A stretch of 63,571 bases of DNA, counting the filler, from Reticulomyxa filosa (taxonomy: Eukaryota; Protista; Foraminifera), in assembly GCA_000512085.1 (NCBI GenBank). It is 15 parts of 15 records of this genome, joined end to end, with 100 filler letters (N's around TTAATTAATTAA, not from the genome) between each part and the next. Parts side by side here need not be neighbours in the genome. Positions count along the whole stretch, not along the records: positions 11,974 to 34,140 come from ASPP01009896.1; positions 34,241 to 40,751 come from ASPP01001263.1; 13 more parts are not named here. One strand, 5' to 3'. The notes beneath the pieces were generated by a model. It did no database searches. It saw only the letters and a list, made by a program, of their open reading frames with translations, and was not told where the DNA came from. Numbering within the stretch: the first letter of the stretch is position 1; every line of letters starts with the position of its first letter. Both the position numbers and the translations under genes were made by a program. This document shows positions 26,472 to 39,969 of this stretch, one piece after another.

Positions 26472-27810
26472 TTATGTCTTTTTTTGAGATTTCACAACTA
26501 ACAATCTTGCTTGTTTTTCCATGTGAGAAGAACTTGTCAACTCGATGTCAAATTTTTCGTCAGCCTCTTTTCTAAACATTGCTTGTATCTCTAGCACAGA
26601 CTCCCAAATGTTAGTGCTTGCGTTTGCCACCATCACAAAAAGACCTATAGACCAAGTCAAAGCGCTGTGCAAAAGCTTGCTCCGTTGTTAATTTTCAACA
26701 AATGGTGAAAGTCGATCATTTGCATCAGACATAAAGTGATAGAAAAGGAAAGAAAAACCGACCATTTGGTTTCAATACCCGATGGACTTGCTTGCAAATT
26801 TGAGATACGTCTTGCAAAGTATTAGAGGATGCGCAACTTGGAAACTTTTCTGATCCTTTCCCATTTTTATGTTTACTATTTGTTGTGGCTAACATCCCTT
26901 TTTCAATGACGACCTGTTTATTTTGAGTAATCATTGGATCGAAAAGGGTTATCTTTCTTCTTTTGCGTTGCTGTGTTTTTTAGAAGCAAGCAGACAGTAC
27001 ACATATAGTACGCACATATTACATACATTAAATGTATTGTCGGCAAAATGTAACCATTTCGCATTCGCACAATGGTATTTAATGCACTGCGTCAGCGAAG
27101 ACGTATCCGCAAAGAAAAGTGAGGGATATTTGCCGGCATTGCCCAGTCTTATATCATTTAAAGATTTTGCCATATCAAGTGCACGACTACTAAAGTCAAT
27201 ACAAGTGATATCTGTGAATTCCGAATGAAGGACTAAATTTGAGGCCAATGCACTTAAACCACACCCAATTTCCAAAATTCGAATGTTTTTGTTTGACCCA
27301 AAAGTTTTTTCCAATGTTGCTTCCAAAATCGTCTGAACGTCTCGCGGAGAGCAAATCCACTCCAATGTATCCATTTGGTGTGCCGTGACTTTGTTATTCA
27401 ACACATTGTCTTTCAGGGGATGTATGTCGTAAAAGTTGTCCCAGTATTGTTTTTGATAACAATCTAAATCTATGTTTTGGGCGATGTCTGTAGTAATCTC
27501 ATTGATATCCATATTATATTCGGATCCTGCAGATTTATTTGGATTGCATTGCTTTTCCTTTTCCAAAATGTTCCATTCTTTGCCAGCGGCATTTAGCAAT
27601 TCGTCCAAATTGAAGTCGCAGTTCGTGTGTTGTGCATTTGTTTGTAGTTTTCTCTTCTGTGTTTGTGTTTATTTGTCTATTTTCTTTTTTTTGAAATGAA
27701 ATGTGAAAAGGTCAATTTTGCATTGGCTTTGTGCATCAAACGTTAAACATATCTGTTTTGTTAGCAAACCTGCAACGGATTAAAGGAGGTTGGTTGTCCG
27801 ATGGGTCCAT
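26472..27810 (-). CDS. Class I SAM-dependent methyltransferase, METTL13/EEF1AKMT4-like
   Basis: YWDNFY, motif I RILEIGCG, ITCIDFS, FADNTFN/VVIEKG, VHRVLKPNGRF; start at 27810 inferred. Confidence 0.85.
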
Positions 27811-27903
27811 ACGTGTTACCTACGTGTGTCAGATGTAATAAATAAACTAATTAGTTTTGTGTCGGAAGCATTGAGGTGATTTGAAATAATGAGAAAAAGC
27901 ATA

Positions 27904-30876
27904 CTAACTTGTAACAGGTGATAATTTGAGATAACGAGCTGCAGCTTGAATAGCTACCCGATGAGGGTGATTCGAAGATATAGATGGAGTGTCTGAGATC
28001 AAGTCCGAGTTACAATGCATCTCTTTGGTTGTTCCCCATTGTGCCGCAATTTTTTTCAGTTTCATATCCATTTCTTTTGATAACATTTCAAGCTGCATAT
28101 TCTTTTTTATTTCATTGTCAAATGACTCGTCTGTCTTGGAGACAATTTCCATGCTTTTTTTCTTTTTTTAAATTTTTTTAAATTAATTTGTGCTCACGAT
28201 TCAATCCTCGAGCACACACACACATGAAAAATTTCTTGACAAAAAAAAAGCGAAAGAGATGGGTTCATTTACCGTGTATTGATGTTTGATGGCATCAAGT
28301 TTCAATCTTAAAACGACATTAGCGTGTTTTTTACATTGGAACATGTTTTTTACTGTAGCCCTATCATGCGTGATAATGACATCGCTTACATTCTTTTGAA
28401 ATTTCAGTGCATACTCTTTTCCAAAAAACTCTTCAGCTTGCTTCATTTTTTGCTTTTCTCTTGTCAATATTTGCTTCTTCAAATCCATTTTCTTTTTTTT
28501 TTCACTTTTTTTTTTTTTGTATGTGTACGTTTTTTGTTATCACCATTTGCTTCAAAAATTACTTTCTATTGTTTTGTCTTCGAAACTGCTGTCCGCTATT
28601 TGAATTGGAATGTAAGACAATCAATTCATTGTTGTTTTGATGCAATTTTGCTTCAAGGTCACAAAATTCTTTCCAAAAGAGGTCTTTCCATTTGTTTTCA
28701 GAAATTTGAAAGCAGTCGCTTGAATCGTGCCAAATGACATCTGTTTTATAACAACCCATCCGTTCGTTATTTACAGTTTCATGAGAATTTCCAACCATTG
28801 GACTAATTTCTGACTCTCGAGTGCTATACGCATCCTTTTTTTGTTTAATGTCTTTTTTTGGGGAATCGCACATCTGTCTCGTTTGTGTCGAACTATTAGT
28901 ACATGTACTCATGGAAGACCCCACAATTGGGTTAGAATAACCCATCCATTTCTCCTCGCTTATGCCTTGCGTCTTTCCTTTCGATGGAAAGGGTAACATT
29001 TCGCTGATTCTCCTTTCTTGGCTTTCAGTGGCAATACTTCCAAGTGATACCCTGGGATTCACAAAAGGGCTGCAATGGCTCGAATTCACTCCATTGTATT
29101 CGGAGCTAATTGCATTGTCGTGCCAATTGGTATTTGATAACCCTGCAAAAGAAGACTATTTAAATGTAAACATTGAAATGCAAACTATGTATTTGTATAT
29201 ATATCAATAAACGTTAATATATTATATATATATATATAATATATATATGTGTAACAATGTAATTCACACATTTAAAAAAAAAGGAGCATAACTTTATCTA
29301 TAGTTGGACTTGCGACAGAGTGACCCTGAAAGCAGACTTGTGAATGCATATCTTCGTGCAAAAGGCTGTATAAATTGTGACTGATTTTTCTTTTCTTGTT
29401 TGGTGATATCGTGTTTGTGTTGTCGTTATTTTCATTACAACTAGTAACATCTATTTTATTGTCCGCTGATACTTCAGAAAAAAACAACGAGCTGCGTAAT
29501 TGTTTTGGGTCTGAATGAGCGCTACTTTTCACATAAAGCAATCATTGTGCGGCTGTCTAAGTAAACAGACAACAACAAATAATAGTGCAAAACTTGATCG
29601 GTACGTCGAAGCTCATAGTATTTGTCACTTCTCCATGCTGACAAGACATTGGCTGCAATCTCGCGTGTAAAGACAGAGGTGGCATTGATATGTGTGGATT
29701 TCCTTGTACGTTGCTCTGAATCTCGTTGGCTCCGCTGACCTTATTTGTGTCTTGGTGGATCTGACTGAGATTATTTGCGCTTATAAAAAACACGGTTTGG
29801 GAAACAGTCTGACCAGTATTTCGAGAGATTAAATCCAAAGCGTCGCGTCCAATTCGCAAATTGTTTGCTGCGACAGCGCTTTGTTCGGACAAGTTCAATC
29901 CATTCAAGCAGAAATTAACTGTTTCCTTTGGGTCGTGACCCTGTTCAATTATACCCTCTTGCATTATGTATTCATGCATGGACTTGGCTTTACTTGTCCG
30001 ATTTTTTGCATTTTTTTTTGAATTTCTTTTTTTGTCCAATTCTTGTACATTTTTTGTTGTGTTCGATTGTCTGTTTTTTTTTAAAACCCTTTTTGCTTTG
30101 TTTTTACTCACACCTTTTCGAGTTGTTTGATACACTTCAGTTTCTCCTTTCTCCAGTTTTTTTTTGTGGTTATTACAATCAAAAGCACTTTGACGCCCCC
30201 TTTTTGTCTTCGATGCTTTCGGCGCTGTGTCGCTTTTATGGCTCTTTTTTTTGCTCATGCCTGTTAAAGATGTAGAGTTTTGAAAATCAAACACTACAAT
30301 TACCATAGTTGTTTTTAAAAAATCCAAAGTCTTTTGTTGTTTTTTTTTTTTTTTGTTTTTTTGTATGAGCCATGAGATTTTTTACAGTTGCTTTTTTTTC
30401 ATAATCGAGTGTTTAAGTGACGTGCAGTTCTTTTTTTTGTTTCGTTTTTCTCCCCTCCAAAGCATGTATACTTACTTCTATCATGGACGGCATACTCTTT
30501 TTTTTTTTAAAGAAAAAAACGATTAATTTTGTAACAACTTGAAGTCTTTTTCTGTGGGCCACAGGATAGACCAATTGCCTTATGCTCGGCACAAGTAAGG
30601 CAAAGATCGTAACCACGTTCATGTCTTGGAATTTCGTTCGAAATACCGCAATGATATATATGATCATACGTTGTCAATGTTGTTCCACATGAATCACATC
30701 CGGCCATGCTCATCGATGTTCCTGCGTACGCTTCTTTCACTGTTGTGTAAATCAATTCCTTGCCGCAACCAGGAATCGCACATGACTACGCAGCCAATAT
30801 ACAAGCTCTTAATTGAGTATACGTAAATATTAACTACAGAAATTTTTACTTAACGACGATTAGCGAGTACTTCCAT
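27904..30876 (-). CDS. Multi-exon protein with N-terminal ZZ-like zinc finger and Lys-rich low-complexity body
   Basis: CDSC...YHC...HERGYDLCLTC in ORF 30507..30755, followed by co-oriented ORFs down to 27904. The single-gene model is an inference. Confidence 0.55.
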
Positions 30877-32622
30877 TTGAATTTTAGTGGGAGAGGCAAT
30901 CCAAAAAATAGCAAACAAATTCTTTTTAAAAAAGAAATAAACAAAGAAAGCAAAAGACAAAGGGACGACAAGAAAAGGGCAGTATTTATCTCACTCGTTT
31001 TGAAGGTATGTCCATTGAGGTTCGTTTGAGGACAAAAGCAAATATGAAAAGTTTGTAACGATACTGGCAGAGAATTAATAATCTCAATTCAAAAATAAAA
31101 ATACAGTCACCCCAAAAAATTAGTTTTATTGGCTTTTTATCAACCTATTTCTTTCATTTTGTGGTATAAGAGCCTGTACTTTTAATTCGAAAACTGTTTA
31201 AATATCTTGGCCAAAAGGTCAGCCTGTTGGCGAACATCAAATTAAAGAGGGTTGTTTGTTAAAGACTTGTATTTATTTGTCACTCTTTTCAGGTTGCTGT
31301 TAATTTTTTGGTAATCATTTTGTGTGCTCGGATTTTCTGAAAAAAGCACCAATAATCGAATGCAAAAAAAAAAAGTGCTCTCAGTTACTTATTGTGAGTC
31401 TTGTCGTAGATGGCAACATTGAAAAGAAATTACATTTGACACATTTCGGTCTAAGTTTCAATGCTCTCGAGCATTAAGAAAAAAAGCCCCAGCGTATACG
31501 TTCATAAGAAATATGAACGTACAAAAAAAAAACCTGAAAAAGTTACATTAAAAAACTAAGTTAGTACACTTGCACATTTTATCCACCGTATCATTTTTTT
31601 AGATCATACATGTACAATAGAGAGTGCCTTTTTCGAGCTTTTTGTTCAGGAGAATGTTATGAGTTGTCCCAAAATAATCTCGAGAGCAGCTACTAATTTT
31701 TAACAATTTCTGCTACTTCTTTAATATCAATTTGGATCCAAAATGCCATTGGTGTTGTTATTCGCTCATGATGACCTTTTTGTTTTTTTTTGTGCAAGGC
31801 ATTTGTACGTGTCACCCTTGATCACTACTCGAGCAAAAGTCCAATCAAAAAATCATTTAGTTTCCCAATATAGGGTAGGGGGGGAAAAAGATTCGAAATT
31901 GGTTTTGTCAAGTTATTTTGTTGTCATAACATTACTCAAGCAAAAAATTTAAAGAACAGAAACTCAAGAAAAGACATCCAGGATTTTCGGAACTTTATCC
32001 ACAGAATTACGGCTAAATTAGGTATGTGTGCTTGCATTGTTGTCGTTTATTTCTCAAAAGAATAGGTACGCTCAGCAAATAGTAGCATCTATTCAAAATA
32101 TCCGACTTACTATGTGTAATCTGGTGACATTAGTAATTGCAAGTGTGTCATGATTTCAAATTGCTTTGTGCCGGTGTTCACCTAACCTCAAACAAGTTTA
32201 CATGATCAAAGCGTCTTCCTTCTTAAAAAATCGATTTCAATTCACTGAAAGTAGAATTTATATAAAAATATCGTTTCGTGTTGCACATTTTATCTGTCAT
32301 GTGTCCTTGAACTTCTGTAAAACAGAGCTCGTACCGTTTTTTCTACCAAAAAAGAAGTTATTGTAGTGTGTCAGGTTAGAAATAGCTAAGATTAATTTGC
32401 AATTTAAGGACAATGGATTATCCTTAACCTACTTATTTTAGTCCTCTCTAGAATTATAATCCTTTTAGAAGAATCATCCTTATAAATGCATTACAGTATT
32501 CAATAGTTAACATCTTTATGTAGAAAATTGTTCTCATTGTTAGTTTGAACAATTTGAAATCATTACACAGCGTTCTGACTTTTTCGGCTCTTTGTAGCTC
32601 CCTTTTTCAAAAGGTACTGTCA

Positions 32623-32991
32623 ATGTCTGGCCAACCCCCCGGTGGATTTTTTCGTTTAATAATCAATACAAATGAAAGTGGTGAAGAAGAGAAAACTATT
32701 ATATGGACACAACCCACATGTATCCTTGGAAGAGGTGGCAGAGAAGCAAACAGTCCCAACTTTGCTTCTTTAGGAAAGAGTAAGAACTTATCACGGAAAC
32801 ACGCGCAAATATTCTGGAACCAAGCTGAAAACAGCTGGACTATACAAGTCTTGGGAAAAAATGGCGTGCAGTATGTTCGAGATCAAAAGTCGTTTCATTT
32901 GGACCAAAACCAGACTTTGTGCTTATCAAAAAATCAACCTACATTACTCGGGATGGGCGGGGTTAGAGTTCAATTCTGCTGTGCTGTTTAA
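32623..32991 (+). CDS. Stand-alone FHA-domain protein (122 aa)
   Basis: ILGR, SKNLSRKHAQI and LGKNG: the conserved GR, SxxH and NG motifs of FHA domains. Confidence 0.85.
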   Translation: MSGQPPGGFFRLIINTNESGEEEKTIIWTQPTCILGRGGREANSPNFASLGKSKNLSRKHAQIFWNQAENSWTIQVLGKNGVQYVRDQKSFHLDQNQTLCLSKNQPTLLGMGGVRVQFCCAV

Positions 32992-33421
32992 CCCGAATTG
33001 TCAATATGTCTGTTCTAGAACAGATAAAAGTGACAAGCAAATGTTACAAAAGAATGCTCTCATTGTTTAAAGCAAATTAATTTACGGAAGTGCTGTCAAA
33101 TCAAACTTAATTCTTCCAATAACTATTGACAGCTATTTTATATTTTTTTTCATTGCAAGCCAATAGAGTCAGTATCTATTCACTATTTGAGACGTGCAAA
33201 TTTTTTTTTTTGTGCACATATTTGGAACAAATTTAACAACTGCGTGGCATAAGTTACAAAAAGTGCCTTCTTTTATTTGAAGCACGGAAAATCTCCAAAA
33301 TGAGAATTTTTGTTATTTTTTTCACACACGTTGCATACTTCATTCAGGAAATTAAAAAAGTGTCAACAAGACAGTTTGTGCACTTTTGTTATTCCTTTCA
33401 ATAAAAAAACATTAACGAACC

Positions 33422-34140
33422 ATGACACTCAGAGTGGAATTGACGGAAGTCGATGACGATGGAGAAGAGGAAGAAATGAAATTCAACTTTAATATCACAG
33501 GGTAGATGATTTTTAACTTTGTCACAACGCACGTTACGAGACATACTGTAGAAGTAACACACAATAAAAGATCGGAAATTAAGTCTCCCAGAAAGTATGA
33601 AAAGCAAGTGAGAGCGTTAAAAGCATTGTTCGAAGACGTACCAGAGCATCATTTGCGTGAAGAATTAGAAGAAAAAAATGGAAACACCCCCGTGGTAATA
33701 AAGAATATTGTGACAAACGTATTAAAGTCACAGCGAGTGAATTGGGCCAAAAAAGATGCACTATACGCCCATAGCCTTGAAGAAATTAAGAAAATCGAAG
33801 ACAAGAAGAAGAAAGTGGTTTGAATTAGCTTTGAACATTTGTTTTTTCCTGCTTCTTCCTTCTATCGGAAGTTTGTGTATGTTTGTTGGATAATGTATAC
33901 GTCAAAGGAAAAAATATTGCAATTTGCATGCACATATGCCGAAGAGAAAAGAGACGAGTTGTTTGTAGATATTTTAGAAAGATATGGAAGAAAAAAGCCG
34001 CTTCCAATTGGAACCAAGTTTGAATACCGAGGATCAGAGGTATGTCAAATCGAGTACAAGAGCAATGAGAGAGAGAGAAAGAGAAGAAGGGTATGACGAA
34101 AGGGAGGGAAGAAAGAAAAAAGGTTGTTTTTTTTTGGGGG
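33422..34140 (+). CDS. 5' fragment of a protein with a CUE-like domain followed by a possible ubiquitin/SUMO-like fold
   Basis: VRALKALFEDVPEHHLREELEEKNGNTPVVIKNI is CUE-like; ELFVDILERYGRKK...KFEYRG is SUMO-like; truncated. Confidence 0.4.
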
Positions 34141-34364
34141 NNNNNNNNNNNNNNNNNNNNNNNNNNNNNNNNNNNNNNNNNNNNTTAATTAATTAANNNN
34201 NNNNNNNNNNNNNNNNNNNNNNNNNNNNNNNNNNNNNNNNTTAAAAAATTTCTTATTTTCAATACATGTTCAATTTATATGAACCCCTTCGAAATTTTTA
34301 AAAACCATTTGAAAAAATCATATTTTTCATCAACCTAGAAAAAACTTATCATAAAACCAATTTC

Positions 34365-34500
34365 ATATTTAAAAACTACAAGATTTGTAGATATTTTTTT
34401 TAAAATAAAAAAAAAAAATTAGGTCTAAATGTTGATTTTTCATGGAGAAAATCAATTATCATCATTTTAGGCGTTCAGTTTTCTTTGCAATCTACTGTAT
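34365..34500 (+). repeat. Dispersed repeat family A, copy 2
   Basis: gatttgtagatatttttt...ttaggtctaaatgttgatttttcatggagaaaatcaattat...tttgcaatctactg matches the other two copies. Confidence 0.75.
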
Positions 34501-35854
34501 ATATATTCTGCTTCGAAGAGCACAGAATATTACTTAAAAACTTAAACTATTGTTATTGTCATTGAATCTTTTAAAATACAACAATAGGTGTAAGAAAGGA
34601 AAGGTGTTCTAAATTTGAAAGGCAGACAGCAAAGTAAGTATATTTTTTTAATCAATACATGTAATTTGAAACGCATTATATTGATTCTTTATAAAATTTT
34701 AGCCAAACCAATTGTTAATCATTGCCGATGGGACATCGACAACGTGAGAATATTATCAAAAGAGGACTTTAATAAAATGATTTTTAAATATGTTAAGTTA
34801 TTTAACAATATAATATTCAACTTAGTCTATGCATTTTGATCCTAACAACAGAGTTGATAAGTTTTCATTTGACATTTCGTGAACATATTTAATATCAAAT
34901 AATTATTCAAAATTGAGTTTGAAGATTGATGATAAGATTACAATTCAATTTGACATAATAAAGTAACAAAAAAAATGTTCAATAAACATTTATCTATTGT
35001 CAAAATTATTCATTGAATGATCGGAAAGTATTTTTTTTACATAAACACAAATCGTGGGCTTAGCTTTTGTTGTGCACCAAATAAAGAATAAATCAGTAAT
35101 TTGTTTTTAAGAATATATTGAAAATTGTCGAGTTATGAAGAAATATTTGTAAATTATTTCATCTTGTCCTAATTCAATCAATTATATTATCGAAGTTATG
35201 CAAAGCAAATATATTCTTCCAGATATCATATTACAATATGCTTTTACATCACTTACAATGAGCTAAATTTAATTACTTGTAATTCTTTGTTATCTGTAGT
35301 GCAAAAATGGGAAATGTTTTTGATATTGGTGTTAATCTAATCTCAATTAATTCAATGTAAATGTATATGAAAAATGTGAAAATATTTTATTTCAATTGAG
35401 TATAAATTGACAATGTATTTTCATAACACTTTTAATGATCCAGTCTCAATTTATTCAATTGAATTTTCAAATATTTTTTGTAATATTCAAATTACAATCG
35501 AACTTTTAATGATTTTTTAATAATATATCCTTTATTTTTATAAATAGCTATCAAATTGTTTTTATGAAATAGAGACATCATAATGATCAAGTCCCAATGT
35601 ATTCAAACCACTTTTCAAATATTTTTAATAAACAAATAGAATAAAGTCCAATCATTAATTTCTTTTCTGGTCAATATTCATTGAAACTACAATAATTCCT
35701 TGTTAGTCATTTCGTTCATCATTTTTATCTAATTCAATTATTGTTTTTATTATGAAATATTTGAGTACGCAAAACTAAAAGCAAGTGAAGATACAGTGAG
35801 TGTTGATCTAGATAAAAAAAGTGCAAATAGTTTTTCCTCTTACATCATCAAAGA

Positions 35855-37222
35855 ATGAGCACCCAAACAAAGAAAAAACAAACTTCAACTCTGCTAGAAT
35901 TTGTAAGTTTTTATGTTAATCTTTGTCTTTGAGTTTGTATTAATGTATGTAATTTTTGATTAAATCAGTCAGAAGATATCCAAATAATTATTCAATATTG
36001 GATTCGAATATTTAATATTAAATTAGGATGGATCAATAATTTTGATATGCTTGTTTTTAATTATGTTATGTTCTCTTTTTTTTATTTAATGATAAATATG
36101 TATTTGCTTGTTGTCCACTATGTAATACAGGCAAATACTTTTATTATGCTTGATATGTTTTTCCAATCATCTAAATTACTAAAAACATTATGTGGACACA
36201 CTAATTGGGTGAACAGTATTGATTATTCAACATTTGATGATTGTCAATTTATTTGTTCTGGATCGGATGATCATACAGTTCGTGTATGGAATTTAGATGT
36301 CAACAAACAAATTCAAATTTTCAGTAGACATTCAAATCAAGTAAATTGCGTAAAATTTTCACAATATCACTGTCATAACTATCATCGTAATATTGTTTGT
36401 TCTTCATCAGATGACAGAACCATTCGTTTTTGGGATATCAAAAATGATCGACAATTACAAATATATAATGAACATACAAGCTATGTTAAATGTATTGAAT
36501 TTTCATCATTTAATTGTGGTCAATATTTGTGCTCTGGATCACTTGACAAAAAAATTCGTTTATGGGATATTGAAACATCCAAGTCATTACATGTTTTCAA
36601 TGGACATACAAAAGGTATTTGTTGTGTGGATGTTTCACCATTACAAAGTAATGTCAATAACAAGAGTAATAGTATTGGTGTGATTGGTGGAAATGGATAT
36701 ACAATTTGTTCTGGATCAAATGATGCAACCATTCGAATATGGGATATTGAAACAACTAAACAGTTGATTATATTGAAAGGACATGAATGTTCTTTGTCAA
36801 GTGTAAAATATGGATCAAATGAATTAGTGAATACAATATTATCTGGATCATATGATAGCAGTGTTCGTTTATGGGATATTCGATCTGGTCAACAAATTCA
36901 AGTATTCAATGGGCATATAGATGATGTATATGATGTTGAATACTCACCATTTGCAGTAGTAAATAATATTGAATTTGATAATATTTCAAATGTGATATGT
37001 TCTGGATCATTTGATAATACAATTCGATTTTGGGATATTCGATCAAATAAGAAGGAATTACATTTGATTAAAGGAGATAGTGAAGGAGATAATGAAGGAG
37101 ATGATGGAATATTATGTCTTAAATTTCTACAATTAAAAAAAAGTAAAAGCAAATATGATAGTGGATGTGGTATTAATTTGTGTTATGGTTCATGTAGTGG
37201 TAATGTTTATATTTGGGGATAG
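35855..37222 (+). CDS. Complete WD40-repeat protein (about seven blades), three exons
   Basis: Exons 35855..35902, 35969..36064 (SEDIQIIIQYWIRIFNIKLGWINNFDMLVFNY) and 36131..37222, with repeated GH...SGSxD..IRxWD units. Confidence 0.93.
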
Positions 37223-38122
37223 TATCATTTTCCAACAATAACAAATTTTTTTTTATTGCTTTAATTCTTTTCCTCTATAATCAACGCATATATATATCAG
37301 GGATTTCTATTCTCTCACTGAACATTTGTCTGCAATATATTATTAATATTGGCTTGAAGTAACTTCATAGAAAGATGAATTTAGAAAAGTTGCAAGAAAA
37401 AACGTTGATTCATTTTAAGGTCCAAAAACAAGGTTCTGACAATGGATTGTGCTCTTTTTGAAAAAAGGAAAAACATTAATGCCAACTTGAAAGTAATTTG
37501 ATTGATAAAACAAAAATAATACAAAATATTCTTTTGTGCTTCCCAGTAACCTTTATGCATATTTGCAATATAAGATTGTAGGGCAAGCCCTGCTGTAGAT
37601 AGCCGAACTCTAAAGGGGCTGAAGAGTCCCCAGTAGGTTAAACTCTTTCACAACTCTGTTCACTTCTTTGTTGCTTTCTTTCGTTTTCTTGTTGTTAATT
37701 ATTCTTTATTCAACTCATTTTTGTTTTATTGGAAACTGCTCTCAAAAAAAGCTCCTGTCGTATTACACTTACAACTTCTGTAGATGAGCTTCCTGCAAGA
37801 TTATTGACTGCAGCAAAGCAAGGCTTTTTTTGTATCAACAAATTATTGTAAGGTAACGCACTAGTAGAGAAGTTCGTCCTGAACTTAGGAATATCTTTTT
37901 GCACAAAACTTACGTTTTACTTTTGTTTTGTTGATACTACCGAATGTATGGTCATTATGTGAATATAATTTGATATCTATCAATAAGAATAGGAAAAAAA
38001 ATATGAAAATTGATCATCGTAAGATTCGACGTTTTTAAATAGAAAAACAAAAAGCACGACAGTGACAAAGAAGTAAAAGGAAAAGCAATATGCCGTCGTC
38101 AGTGAATGAATCAAAAAAGAAT

Positions 38123-39647
38123 TTATGTTTGAGTGTTGGAAGGACAGGAAAGACGAAGATTGTTAAGAAAAGTGCGCCGAAACGTGTTAATGGTCGATGC
38201 AATTGAAGTCTGTTTCCAGGAAAGTTTGCCATCAGGAGAAGCAGCATTCAGTTGGTCCATAAGTTGAGATAAGGTCTAAAGATTGAAAAAAAAACAAAAA
38301 AAAAAACAAGCAAACAAATAAACACATAACAATATAATATACAACAATATAATATACAACAATGTACAATATAATAGCCAAATAAAAACAAACGGGTTGT
38401 GAATTAGGATTAAAGTGATCACAAGTGTCAGGATCAATGATGGTACAAACTCTTCCCGTTTTGGGATGAACGACAAAAGGGCATTTCAACAAGTGATTGA
38501 CATGTTTGGACACATTGACATCCAATCTGGGATAAGTGCACGCAAAGACGCACTCGTAGCGATTTGCTTCAATGAGTTGTTTTTCCTTGGGTGAAGTGTA
38601 CTTTTGTTTGGCAGTATTCCACACCTGATTAATTCGTTCGAGTTTGGTTTTGCCATTTGTGTTGGACATGTCATCATGCAAAGCCGTTTTCATGGAATCA
38701 CGAATTTTGTCATTTCGAATCATTGCAACAAACTCGGCAATGCCTTTGGGATCATTCAATAGCGTTTGCTTTTCGATCGTGACACGTTGAAAGTATTGAA
38801 TACACACGTCATACGCACGTCGTAGACATTCATGCAAATTATTGCCGAGATCCACTTTCACAGCATTTTGCGAATTGCCGTTATACGTTTTCAAATATTC
38901 CACAATGGCCGATCTGCCACTGGTGTCCAGTCTTCTGGCCAACGCATCACCCACCCAACAATGAATACCACGACGTCCACTAAATACCCATAACAAATGT
39001 TGGAAACCAAAGTCTTCCTTCAACGTCCTCGAAATCACTCGGATCGCACAAGCCATCAAAGGCCAACACTGCTCGCAAATCTCTTCATTGCGACAACATG
39101 TACGCACGTTGTCGTAGTCACTTATATCGATATCGAACACCAATTCCTTTTCTTCCACCACAAACTTGTCTTGTGACACTGACTGCTTTCGGCTCGGCTC
39201 CACGTTGTACACCGCACCTATATCGATCTTCAGTGGACATATCCTTTTTATATCGTCTTTGAATTCTTTCACTCCGTTGTACGAATTAAACCGTGAGTAC
39301 GTATCATTTAGTGTCGTGAATGAAAACTCGCGGTTTCGCCAATATTTACCATTTTCACCTTTTTTTTTTTTTTTTGTTTATTGTGTTATAAGTTGTCGCA
39401 AAAAGACCCTTTTTTTTTTTTTTTTCACTCTCAATTTTTATCATAATTTTTTTTAACTGTCGAAATAGGATAACCAATCGTACACTTCTTCGTAGGGAAA
39501 TAAAACCTCGTAGTACAATTGCAAATGCTCTTTTGAAAACTCGGATGTTGACTCATTGTCTTTTTTCAATTTCGTCTTTTCTTCCGCTTGTTTGTCAAAT
39601 GCTTCTTCGTACTTTCTTTTTCGAGGGTCACTTATTTCTGTGCTCAT
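38123..39647 (-). CDS. PRIM1: DNA primase small (catalytic) subunit, three exons
   Basis: Exons 39458..39647, 38394..39358 and 38123..38275; motifs REFSFT, KIDIGAVY, KELVFDIDISDY, VFSGRRGIHCW, YPRLDVNVSK..NHLLKCPFVVHPKTG. Confidence 0.97.
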
Positions 39648-39969
39648 TCTCCCTATTGAGTTTTTTTTTCTTTGTCTTCCTTTTTTTTAATGATCTATGG
39701 CTGCAATGTGGACGAACGTTTGTCGTAATGTTTTCAACACTCTCAGTTTATAGTTGATATGGAATCCATGAAAATCAAAAAGTAGAGCCGTTAAAACAAA
39801 ACAAATATTTGGATTGACAAGATAACACTTATTTAATATGTGAGAGCGTTGCGTTGAATGCCATTCATCTATCGTTACGAGCAGAAAGAGAAATAAGCGG
39901 AGTAACAGCAAAAAAAAAAAAAAAAGTAGAGACCTTTGAGGAAAGGTATGTGAGAAGAATGCTGAATAA

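Noticed and set aside
37612-37660. CTGAAGAG-containing segment as a hammerhead ribozyme
   Set aside because: No convincing stem II and the GAAA core is missing.
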